Source: Candidatus Hikarchaeia archaeon HikBin5
GTDB lineage: Archaea > Halobacteriota > Halobacteria > Halobacteriales > Hikarchaeaceae
Direction of reading: 5' to 3'
DNA length: 64,000 nucleotides
NCBI GenBank assembly: GCA_009889625.1
Contig: WTZU01000001.1
Coordinates: 14,574 to 78,573 of the forward strand
Each line of letters opens with the position of its first letter. Position 1 is the stretch's first letter. Position numbers and translations under genes: made by a program. Of this stretch, positions 9,110 to 17,962 are shown piece after piece. The notes below the pieces were generated by a model. It did no database searches. It was given only the letters and a program-made list of their open reading frames with translations, and had not been told where the DNA came from.

Positions 9110-10828
9110 ATGAATGGAGAATCTCTTTTTGAAGATGAAATAGTTGGCCTTTTGACTTCCACTAGTAGGGGATTATCCATAGGGACCGATCCCAAATCAA
9201 ATTCACTCCATGCACTTATTACTATAGATCAAAGATCCAATTTCCGCTTGGAAGAATATCTGCGAATTCCTCTCTTTAATAAGGAAGGAACCTTGGATGA
9301 AAATCTTCTCTGTAAAATCACTGAACTTGCATATTACAATGAATTCCCACACGAATTTAGTACTTATGACGTGTCGAATCTCTTGGCCGAGGAAATGATT
9401 AATCAAAGTGACAGGATAATTCAAGAAATTGATTATAATTTTGTCGCGACATTGCAACCTCTATCTCTCATCAATAATGGACAAAGAGGTCCTCCAAATA
9501 GACTTCCTCCCCCCGCATCTAAAGTTTATAAAGCTGACAAAGATACAATAAAGATTGGACTTAAACTTTCTCAAAATTTACATGATATCTTCATTGGATA
9601 TCTTACCCGATCACCACCAGGACAGAAAATTTCATACCTACTCAAAGACCGAACAACAGATCCTCTTCTTTTTACACATGTACTCGTAGCAGGCGGCACG
9701 GGATCTGGGAAAACACAAACGACTAAAAATATACTTCGTCAGTGCTTGGGGGATCAAAGAACTTACAATATTGACGGATCCAATAAAAAACTGGCCATTG
9801 TTCAATTCGATCCTCAAGATGAATATGCTCAAATGTTCCACGATCCCAAAAATATCACTGAAGAGGAGCAACTAAATTATGAAAACAATAAAATCCTATT
9901 TGGTAAACACGAAGCAACCCGTGTATTTGTCCCAACTATCAAAAATACACAGTACACTTCTGAATATCACGATGCAGAAACTACTTCTTTCACCATTCCC
10001 TTTTCCCTCGTCGAACAGAACCCTTGGCTCATAGCACGAGGCGATCTCAACGAACTTCAAATGGTGGCTTTAACTGATATATTATTGCCCAATTTTTTCC
10101 ATAGTACGACCGAAAGGGAGTGTACCTATTCTAATTTCTTGACGTACCTAGCTGAAAATGAAGATGAATATACTAATGGCAAGTCTAATAAAACAAACAT
10201 AGCTACTGGGACTTTCAGCGCCATCAAACGGAAAGTAAATGGTTTTTCAAATGTCTTTTTTGATGGAACAGAAAGTGGATATTCTCCTCCTATAACCGAT
10301 TTAATCAACGATTTTGTAAAACCCGGACAATTATCTGTAGTGCCCATCTCTCATATTAACAACCACCGGGATTCAACTTTCGTAGTATTGGCACTTTCTA
10401 GTCTATTGATAGACGAAAAAATTACTAGCTCTCCAGAATACGAACGCATTAAACAAACACCTTTGATACTCTCTATGGACGAAGCACATAATTTCTTATC
10501 TAAAGGCCACACCGAAATTGGGCAAGAAGACGTCCTAATTCAGAAATTTATTCACGCTGCAAAACAAGGTAGGAAAGAAAAATTAGGACTTTTCTTAGTC
10601 ACTCAAGACCCCCATGACATAGCTGGGGATATTCTCACCCAAATCGGTACTAAAATCATCTTAAATCTAAGCGATGATTCTGCGATCAAATCATTAAATC
10701 TACCTTCTGATCTAAAATGGAAAATACCCAATCTAACCGTGGGGAACATGGTTGTTCATTCTCCTTCTTATACATTCCCTTCGGAAGTCACTGGGCTACC
10801 TAAATGTCTAGTTCGGCACGAGCATTGA
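9110..10828 (+). CDS. herA: HerA-like / DUF87 hexameric ATPase-helicase
   Basis: 572 aa. Walker A is VLVAGGTGSGKTQT and Walker B is ILSMDEAHNFL. Also has FLVTQDPHDIAGDILTQIGTKIILNL. The N-terminal about 80 aa is compatible with a HAS barrel. Confidence 0.75.
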   Translation: MNGESLFEDEIVGLLTSTSRGLSIGTDPKSNSLHALITIDQRSNFRLEEYLRIPLFNKEGTLDENLLCKITELAYYNEFPHEFSTYDVSNLLAEEMINQSDRIIQEIDYNFVATLQPLSLINNGQRGPPNRLPPPASKVYKADKDTIKIGLKLSQNLHDIFIGYLTRSPPGQKISYLLKDRTTDPLLFTHVLVAGGTGSGKTQTTKNILRQCLGDQRTYNIDGSNKKLAIVQFDPQDEYAQMFHDPKNITEEEQLNYENNKILFGKHEATRVFVPTIKNTQYTSEYHDAETTSFTIPFSLVEQNPWLIARGDLNELQMVALTDILLPNFFHSTTERECTYSNFLTYLAENEDEYTNGKSNKTNIATGTFSAIKRKVNGFSNVFFDGTESGYSPPITDLINDFVKPGQLSVVPISHINNHRDSTFVVLALSSLLIDEKITSSPEYERIKQTPLILSMDEAHNFLSKGHTEIGQEDVLIQKFIHAAKQGRKEKLGLFLVTQDPHDIAGDILTQIGTKIILNLSDDSAIKSLNLPSDLKWKIPNLTVGNMVVHSPSYTFPSEVTGLPKCLVRHEH

Positions 10829-10944
10829 GTACCACAAAAAGCCCAATCGATTTATACCTCCTATTACCATCTATTACTATAACTGTAAGATCTAGTCTAA
10901 TTATGTATAGTATTGATCTTATTACCAAACTATAAAAAAATCTC

Positions 10945-12879
10945 ATGTCCCAATCCAAATCATCAGATATCTATGTGATACTCCCTGATGGTGCAAAGTT
11001 ATCAGTCCCTTCTGGGTCAACCATCTCGCACGTTGCACATACAATAGGCCCTGGTCTAGGTAAGGCTGCCATCGCCGGGATAGTAAACGATACCATAGTA
11101 GATTTACACAGTCCTGTATCCAATAACGATCAGGTTTCTATTATCACCGAAAAATCAGATCAGTATCTCTATGTTCTCCGCCATTCAGCTGCTCATATTT
11201 TCGCCCAAGCCCTCACTCGTCTATACCCCGATGTGAATTTAGCGATAGGACCTCCCATCGAAACTGGTTTTTATTATGATTTTGATGGGGTTCAAATCAC
11301 CAAAGAAGATCTCCCAATGATTGAATCTGAAATGAAAAAAATCATTAAATCCAATTATGATATCACTCGTGCTGAAATTCCTCATGAAGAAGCCAAAAAA
11401 TTCTATTCTTCTAATCCTTTCAAACTAGATATCTTACAAAATGAAGCGATTGGAAAAACTGTGTCATTTTATACCCAAGATGATTGGAAAGACCTTTGTA
11501 AAGGTCCTCATGTCCCTTCAACAGGAAAGGTAAAGGCAATTCAATTGTTGGATATATCTGCAGCCTACTGGCGTGGCGATTCTAACAATTCAACTCTAAC
11601 CAGGGTTTATGGAACTGCATTCAAATCCCAATCCGAACTCGATGATTTTCTCCGATTACGAGAACTCGCACAGGAAAGAGATCATCGCAAACTTGGCCAA
11701 GAACTTGATTTATTTTCCATTCCAGAAATCACTGGTCCTGGTCTCCCCCTTTTCCATCCCAATGGGGCTCACGTTCTCCGCGAGCTATCTTCTTATGTGG
11801 ATGATCTGAATATTAAATCAGGATACGAACCCACCGAAACTCCTCATCTATTCAAAACAGAATTGTGGAAACAATCTGGCCACTATGACAACTATCACGA
11901 TGATATGTTTATTTTTGAAGTTGGAGATGAGGAATTCGGGCTCAAACCCATGAACTGTCCTGGGCATGCTACCATTTTCAATCAACAAAGCAGAAGTTAC
12001 CGGGATCTCCCAGTTCGATATTTTGAGAATGGAAAAGTCTACCGAAAAGAACAACGAGGCGAATTATCTGGACTCTCTCGGTTGTGGGCATTCACCATAG
12101 ATGATGGGCATCTGTTCATCCGCCCTGATCAAATCGAGACCGAAGTAAGCAGCGTTCTCAATCTGATTCTTGAAGTACTCCGGACATTTAATTTGGATTT
12201 TGAAATTTTCCTAGCTACACGTCCTGAAAAATACGAAGGTAGCTTGGAAATGTGGGAAAAAGCAGAAATTCAACTCAAATCGGTACTTGACAACTCCGAT
12301 CTCGTCTACACGACAAACGAAGGTGATGGTGCATTTTATGGTCCGAAAATAGATTTCGCATTCAAAGACGCACTAGGTAGATCTTGGGATGGCCCAACAG
12401 TACAATTAGATTTCACCATGCCAGAGCGTTTCGATTTGAGTTATGTCGGTACCGATAATAGTGAACACCGCCCTGTCATGATCCACCGGGCATTGTATGG
12501 TAGTTATGAACGATTTTTTATGATTTTAATTGAACATTTCAATGGAAAGTTCCCTCTATGGTTGGCACCCCAACAAATACGAATTCTTCCAATAACGAAT
12601 GAAAATATGAACTACGCCCAAAAAATAGCCGAAGGTCTTTCTCAATTTAGAGTATCTATAGATGATAGAACTTGGACTATTGGAAAGAAAATCAGAGCTG
12701 CACATAATGATCGAGTTCCTTATATGTTGATCGTAGGAGAAACTGAAGAAACACAAAATTCGGTTTCAGTCCGCGATCGTAACCAATCAGAAAAATCGGA
12801 TGTGAATTTATCCGATTTTATAGCACACATCACTGCTGAATATGAGGAAAAAAGACTCGAACCCGATTTTATACAATAA
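10945..12879 (+). CDS. thrS: Threonyl-tRNA synthetase (TGS domain plus bacterial-type N2 editing domain)
   Basis: 644 aa. Has an N-terminal TGS-like domain, the [11 protein letters not shown] editing motif, HRKLG and MNCPGH, and a class II core with a C-terminal anticodon-binding domain. Confidence 0.93.
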   Translation: MSQSKSSDIYVILPDGAKLSVPSGSTISHVAHTIGPGLGKAAIAGIVNDTIVDLHSPVSNNDQVSIITEKSDQYLYVLRHSAAHIFAQALTRLYPDVNLAIGPPIETGFYYDFDGVQITKEDLPMIESEMKKIIKSNYDITRAEIPHEEAKKFYSSNPFKLDILQNEAIGKTVSFYTQDDWKDLCKGPHVPSTGKVKAIQLLDISAAYWRGDSNNSTLTRVYGTAFKSQSELDDFLRLRELAQERDHRKLGQELDLFSIPEITGPGLPLFHPNGAHVLRELSSYVDDLNIKSGYEPTETPHLFKTELWKQSGHYDNYHDDMFIFEVGDEEFGLKPMNCPGHATIFNQQSRSYRDLPVRYFENGKVYRKEQRGELSGLSRLWAFTIDDGHLFIRPDQIETEVSSVLNLILEVLRTFNLDFEIFLATRPEKYEGSLEMWEKAEIQLKSVLDNSDLVYTTNEGDGAFYGPKIDFAFKDALGRSWDGPTVQLDFTMPERFDLSYVGTDNSEHRPVMIHRALYGSYERFFMILIEHFNGKFPLWLAPQQIRILPITNENMNYAQKIAEGLSQFRVSIDDRTWTIGKKIRAAHNDRVPYMLIVGETEETQNSVSVRDRNQSEKSDVNLSDFIAHITAEYEEKRLEPDFIQ

Positions 12880-12936
12880 TGAGTTTCTATTCCGCTCTTC
12901 CGAAATTGTTTTTAGGTATGACCGCGCAAATTTATT

Positions 12937-14571
12937 ATGCCGAAACCCGATTCTTCGTTGAATTCTAAATTTATTTTTGTCACCGGCGGGGTAATGTCGG
13001 GATTGGGGAAAGGTGTTACTGCCGCTAGCGTGGGCCGTCTACTTTCGAATGCAGGTTTCACAGTAACTGCAGTTAAAATAGATCCTTATCTCAATGTTGA
13101 TGCGGGTACTATGAACCCATATCAACATGGAGAAGTGTATGTTCTCAAAGATGGGGCGGAGGTAGATCTAGATCTTGGCAACTACGAACGATTTCTTGGG
13201 ATAGAGATGACTAGTGACCATAATATTACCACTGGTAAAGTATACCAGCATGTAATTAATCAAGAAAGAACTGGGGATTATTTGGGCAAAACAGTTCAGA
13301 TAATTCCTCACATAACCGACGACATTAAACGACGTATTCGAGCCGTCGCAGAAGGACATGATGTTTGCATAGTAGAAGTCGGCGGAACCGTCGGAGATAT
13401 TGAGAGTATGCCATTCTTAGAAGCGCTCCGCCAACTATCTCATGAAGAATCTAACAATTGTGTTTTATTCTTGCATGTCACATTAATTCCCCATTCTAAA
13501 AATGAAGAACCCAAAACAAAACCAACTCAGCACTCTGTAAAAGAACTACGATCTATTGGTATCCAACCAGATTTGATCGTCGGAAGATCTGCTACATCCC
13601 TTGACGACGAAGTACGTCAAAAAATAGCCCTATTTTGCGATGTCCCCGCCGAAGCTGTATTTTCTAACCCCGATCTTGAAGATATCTATCACTTACCCAT
13701 GTCTTTGGAAGAGGAAGCACTTGATGAATATGTCATGGAACGATTAAATTTACTTGAAAATTCACTTCCCATTCCCGATCGAGATACTACTTGGCGCCAA
13801 TCAGTAACTGCTCCAAAAAATGAAGAAGTCAATATAGCGTTAGTAGGAAAATATGGATTGGAAGATGCTTATATATCAGTTTACGAAGCTCTCAAACACG
13901 CAGGAATCTCCCATGGAGTCCAAGTCAATACACTTTGGGTCCAATCAGAAATACTCGACGATGGTGATACCTCTTTCTTATCCAAACTAGAGCTAGATGG
14001 GATTGTAATTCCAGGTGGCTTTGGGTCCCGGGGGACTCCTGGAAAGATAAATGCAATTCGCTACGCAAGAGAGTCAGGCGTTCCTTACCTTGGCCTTTGC
14101 TTGGGATTTCAATTAGCAGTTGTAGAATATGCCCGAAACGTATTGAATCTTAAAGATGCTCATTCTTCTGAGATCCATCCTGAAACATCTAATCCTGTAA
14201 TCGATTTATTACCCGATCAACATGACATCGATGAATTAGGTGGTACTATGCGACTTGGAGAACTCGAAACGCATATTCAAGAAAATAGCCTCGCCCATTC
14301 TTTGTATGGTTCCAATAGCTGCTTAGAAAGGCATCGACATCGATACGAGGTAAATCCAAATTATATCGATTCACTTGAAGAATTTGGATTAAAATTTACC
14401 GGAAAGTCTGGTCCTAGAATGGAGATCTTGGAGGTCCCTGGGCACCCGTATTTCTTTGGAACTCAATTCCATCCTGAATTTACCTCCCGACCTACTAATC
14501 CAAGCCCTCCTTTTCTAGGTCTGGTCCATGCTGCACTCAAGCATTCTTCCACTAAAAACAATAAAAAATGA
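12937..14571 (+). CDS. pyrG: CTP synthase
   Basis: 544 aa. Contains [16 protein letters not shown], the GATase motif GLCLGFQ and HRHRYEVN. Confidence 0.95.
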   Translation: MPKPDSSLNSKFIFVTGGVMSGLGKGVTAASVGRLLSNAGFTVTAVKIDPYLNVDAGTMNPYQHGEVYVLKDGAEVDLDLGNYERFLGIEMTSDHNITTGKVYQHVINQERTGDYLGKTVQIIPHITDDIKRRIRAVAEGHDVCIVEVGGTVGDIESMPFLEALRQLSHEESNNCVLFLHVTLIPHSKNEEPKTKPTQHSVKELRSIGIQPDLIVGRSATSLDDEVRQKIALFCDVPAEAVFSNPDLEDIYHLPMSLEEEALDEYVMERLNLLENSLPIPDRDTTWRQSVTAPKNEEVNIALVGKYGLEDAYISVYEALKHAGISHGVQVNTLWVQSEILDDGDTSFLSKLELDGIVIPGGFGSRGTPGKINAIRYARESGVPYLGLCLGFQLAVVEYARNVLNLKDAHSSEIHPETSNPVIDLLPDQHDIDELGGTMRLGELETHIQENSLAHSLYGSNSCLERHRHRYEVNPNYIDSLEEFGLKFTGKSGPRMEILEVPGHPYFFGTQFHPEFTSRPTNPSPPFLGLVHAALKHSSTKNNKK

Positions 14572-14891
14572 AAATTCTTTTTTTCGGGCCTGGTGGGATT
14601 CTTAAAAATACTTTGGCTAGCCAGGGATATGAAGTCGAAGAAATATCTCTTCAAGAATTCAACCTCTTAGACGCAAACGTTGTCGTCGGATCGGATCTAC
14701 TGATAATAACCGACACTAGTGACCCTACTGGTGTTCTATTATGCAAGGAATTCCAACCTGATATAAAAACAATTGTATATTCTCAGGATGATTTACCTGA
14801 TTTTCTACGGCCTCAAATAGATTTTGCATTGGACCCTCGTTTATTCTCTTCTAATATGGTGGCCGAAGAATTATCGAATTTATTTTCTTAA
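14568..14891 (+). CDS. Small hypothetical protein with an N-terminal Rossmann-like beta-alpha-beta motif (107 aa)
   Basis: The start codon overlaps the pyrG stop (ATGA). [10 protein letters not shown]...YEVEEI...DLLIITD resembles a TrkA-N or receiver-like mini-domain. No catalytic motif recognised. Confidence 0.5.
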   Translation: MKILFFGPGGILKNTLASQGYEVEEISLQEFNLLDANVVVGSDLLIITDTSDPTGVLLCKEFQPDIKTIVYSQDDLPDFLRPQIDFALDPRLFSSNMVAEELSNLFS

Positions 14892-14897
14892 ATTTAT

Positions 14898-15443
14898 TTA
14901 TTTCTTCCCCCTGCGCACTTGTTCAACAGTATGAATACACACGGGTAAAATAATTTTCCCCACTCCCAATTTAACAGCATTCGAACTTCCTGGTAAACAA
15001 AATATGGGTGTTTCTTTCGCAATACCTGCCATCGAACGACTTGCAATTGCAAGAGGTCCGATCTCTTCATATGACAAATACCTAAACAGCTCTCCAAATC
15101 CCGGAAGTTGTCTATCTATCAATGGTAATACCGCTTCAATTGTCACATCATCTGGAGTAGCACCCGTCCCACCCGTTGTAATAATCAACTCAACATCTTC
15201 CCGATCAATTAACTTTCCTATACAACTATTGATTTCTTCATAATCATCTTTTACAACCATTTGCACGACACGTTCGTGCCCTGCAGATTCGATCATATCT
15301 GATATTATCTTACCACTTTTATCCGTACTATCTGACCGTGTTGTCGATATGGTGATAATTGCCATTTTCAACCTTGTAAATTCACCAATATGCCCACAAC
15401 TTGGACCTCCTTCTACCTGTTCAATTTTTTTATTTTTATCCAT
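14898..15443 (-). CDS. moaB: Molybdenum cofactor biosynthesis protein B (MoaB/Mog family)
   Basis: Contains ITISTTRSDSTDKSG and ITTGGTGATPDDVT. Lies 6 nt downstream of idi on the same strand. Confidence 0.85.
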   Translation of the reverse strand: MDKNKKIEQVEGGPSCGHIGEFTRLKMAIITISTTRSDSTDKSGKIISDMIESAGHERVVQMVVKDDYEEINSCIGKLIDREDVELIITTGGTGATPDDVTIEAVLPLIDRQLPGFGELFRYLSYEEIGPLAIASRSMAGIAKETPIFCLPGSSNAVKLGVGKIILPVCIHTVEQVRRGKK

Positions 15444-15449
15444 TATTTT

Positions 15450-16016
15450 CTATACTCTCATATTATGAAAATCCCTGTACATGGCAATTTCCAGCCATGG
15501 ACATAAATCCAATTGACGATAGTATTCAGGATTACCTTGCATATCCTCATAATCTACCCATAGTATTCCTGCTATTTCTTCCGAATCTGGATTTGTTTCT
15601 ATATCTATTAACGTTGCCTCCAAAACCGTACAAACTTCCCATTCTAAGCCTTCATTCATGTAATAACTCTTGTATTCAAATTTATCTGTTACCGATAGAT
15701 TTTCATATTGACTCGGTCCAACTCCCAACTCAACTTCCAAACGATTTATTGTTGCTTCTATTTGGCTTTCATTTGGTTTAGGATGCGAGGCTACCGTTCC
15801 ATCCCAGTACCCTCCCCATAATCTTTTAGATGGACTTCTTTGCGCGAGCATTAATCTCCTATCTTCATCAAATAAAAGACATGTAAATGCACGATGGCGT
15901 ATACCATCTCCTGTATGGGCTTCTAACCTATCTACAATTCCTTGTTCCACATCATTTGAATCAACACTTATGACACTTTGTTTATCCATTTGAGTTTTCT
16001 CCTCTTTTGAACTCAT
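15450..16016 (-). CDS. idi: Isopentenyl-diphosphate delta-isomerase, type 1 (Nudix)
   Basis: 188 aa. Contains HRAFTCLLFDEDRRLMLAQRS, KRLWGGYWDGTVASHP and EWEV. Confidence 0.85.
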   Translation of the reverse strand: MSSKEEKTQMDKQSVISVDSNDVEQGIVDRLEAHTGDGIRHRAFTCLLFDEDRRLMLAQRSPSKRLWGGYWDGTVASHPKPNESQIEATINRLEVELGVGPSQYENLSVTDKFEYKSYYMNEGLEWEVCTVLEATLIDIETNPDSEEIAGILWVDYEDMQGNPEYYRQLDLCPWLEIAMYRDFHNMRV

Positions 16017-16132
16017 ATGTATACCAAAGAAGATCGCACTTGATACCTTCTTCGAAATCTCAGGGACTTCTCATTCATTCTATAGAGCTTAACATAAACC
16101 CTTATGATGTCCCCTATCTTCTCATCAATATA

Positions 16133-17164
16133 ATGGCTGATGCTTTTCTAGCTCTAGAGACTGGAGATGTGATCCAAGCACGTTCTAGATCTCCTGGTTT
16201 GGCACACGGGGAACTCGTTTTTACTACTTCTTACGCTGGATATGAGGAAAGCTTAACTGATCCCTCTTATGAAGAGCAAATTCTAACTTTTGCCTATCCC
16301 TTAATCGGAAATTATGGTGTCAATCCAAATAGATTTGAATCCACTCGAATCCACCCCCGTGCTATCATCGCAAGACAACTTACCGATCCCATATCTCAGT
16401 GGTTATCCAAGGAATCTATACCTTCGATCGATACATTGGACACTCGTGAACTTGTTATGGCAATTAGGGATCATGGCGCAATGAAATGTGGAATATCTTC
16501 TGGTAATGGTGCCACTCCCGAATTAGCACTAAAGGAACTAGAAAAATGTCCTTCCATGGATGACCATTCTGAAATTGGACTTTCTGTCAGTGTGAAAGAA
16601 CCAATCATCCATTCTGGAACCGGGCCTAATGTCTGTCTGATCGACTGTGGTGTTAAAAAATCCATAATTGATTCATTTTCAAAACGAAATGTGAATTTAA
16701 CCATCCTGCCGTATGATACTTCTATAGCAACTGTCATTGATCTCAATCCAGATCTTCTCTTCATATCGAATGGGCCTGGGAATCCCGAACACTTTGTGGA
16801 TGCTATTTCACTTGTAGGTGAATTTGCTGGAAAAATACCAATTGCTGGAATTTGCCTGGGCCAACAAATCATCGCGTTGGCTCTTGGGGGCACTACAGAA
16901 AAAATGCGATTCGGTCACCGTGGTGTCAATCAACCTGTCTTGGATATTCAAACAAACAAAGTAGTAATGACTACTCAAAACCATGGATACACAGTCTCCG
17001 ATCCTGGGGATCTATCAATTTCTCAAATCAATGTGAATGACAATACAATTGAAGGACTAGTAAATATGGATTTATCTATTCTTACAAGACAATATCACCC
17101 TGAAGCCCACCCTGGACCTCATGATACTCTCAATTTCTTCGACGATGTTCTTTCTATGATTTAA
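16133..17164 (+). CDS. carA: Carbamoyl-phosphate synthase small (glutaminase) subunit
   Basis: Homology begins at MADAFLALETGDVI. Also has GICLGQQ, QNHGYTV and HPEA. The ORF-track start at 16007 overlaps idi and is probably a spurious extension. Confidence 0.9.
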   Translation: MADAFLALETGDVIQARSRSPGLAHGELVFTTSYAGYEESLTDPSYEEQILTFAYPLIGNYGVNPNRFESTRIHPRAIIARQLTDPISQWLSKESIPSIDTLDTRELVMAIRDHGAMKCGISSGNGATPELALKELEKCPSMDDHSEIGLSVSVKEPIIHSGTGPNVCLIDCGVKKSIIDSFSKRNVNLTILPYDTSIATVIDLNPDLLFISNGPGNPEHFVDAISLVGEFAGKIPIAGICLGQQIIALALGGTTEKMRFGHRGVNQPVLDIQTNKVVMTTQNHGYTVSDPGDLSISQINVNDNTIEGLVNMDLSILTRQYHPEAHPGPHDTLNFFDDVLSMI

Positions 17165-17244
17165 CTCCCCTCGATTACTAGACTTCCTCCTTTCCTTCAT
17201 TCGTATCGGTGCCTTTATGGGACCTCCTTTCCGATATCTTTTAT

Positions 17245-17949
17245 ATGCTTCGGCGGAGTTTCATACAGCTTTCTATTGGATCTCTCGCTATCTTTTCTAC
17301 AACCTCGTCCGTCCTGGCTGCAGAAGATCCTACATCTTCTCCCTCCCCTCAAACACACATCGTTGCTATGACGGATGGTATGATCTACGACCCTGAAATA
17401 ATTACCATAGCACCTGGGGATACAGTCAGGTGGCTAAATATAGGGAAAATGGGCCATTCAGTCACCGCATACCAAAATGAATTACCGGATGGGGCTCCGT
17501 ATTGGGCCTCCGGCGATTTCGCTTCTGAAAATGCAGCAAGAAGTGGATATCCCCTTGGAGATATACCCGGTGGAGAATCCTATTCTTACACTTTTGATAT
17601 AGAAGGAGAATATGGATATTTCTGTGTACCTCATGAGACCATTCAAATGGTTGGAAAAGTTATAGTTAAAGAAGGTGGAGCATCAACGGATGGTGGCTCT
17701 TCAACTGAAGAAAGTTCAACCCAACTAGGTGGAAATCTACCTGGGGGATCTGTAGGAGCTGCTTTCGCAGCAGTTGGAATTATTCTGACCAGTCTTTCAG
17801 TTTTTCTAGTTTTTGCAAGTGACCTATACTCCTATATTCTGGGCGACCCCGACACCGGACCTAAAAGCTCTCGAATTGCTGTTTTCTTTGCAGGACTTGG
17901 AGGGCTATTGCTGCTGATTCTTATGATAGTAACTTTAATTGGGTCTTGA
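17245..17949 (+). CDS. Halocyanin/plastocyanin-like blue copper protein with a Tat signal and a C-terminal membrane anchor
   Basis: Twin-arginine signal MLRRSFIQLSIGSLAIFSTTSSVLA. Type-1 Cu ligands are GHSV and YFCVPHETIQM. A Ser/Thr/Gly linker precedes two C-terminal hydrophobic helices. Confidence 0.8.
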   Translation: MLRRSFIQLSIGSLAIFSTTSSVLAAEDPTSSPSPQTHIVAMTDGMIYDPEIITIAPGDTVRWLNIGKMGHSVTAYQNELPDGAPYWASGDFASENAARSGYPLGDIPGGESYSYTFDIEGEYGYFCVPHETIQMVGKVIVKEGGASTDGGSSTEESSTQLGGNLPGGSVGAAFAAVGIILTSLSVFLVFASDLYSYILGDPDTGPKSSRIAVFFAGLGGLLLLILMIVTLIGS

Positions 17950-17962
17950 ACTTCTTTCCCAC

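Noticed and set aside
17740-17949. Possible PGF-CTERM archaeosortase signal in the cupredoxin (LPGGSVGAAFAAVGIIL...).
   Set aside because: There is no PGF tripeptide. The hydrophobic segment is followed by about 50 more residues and a second helix, rather than by a short basic tail at the extreme C-terminus.
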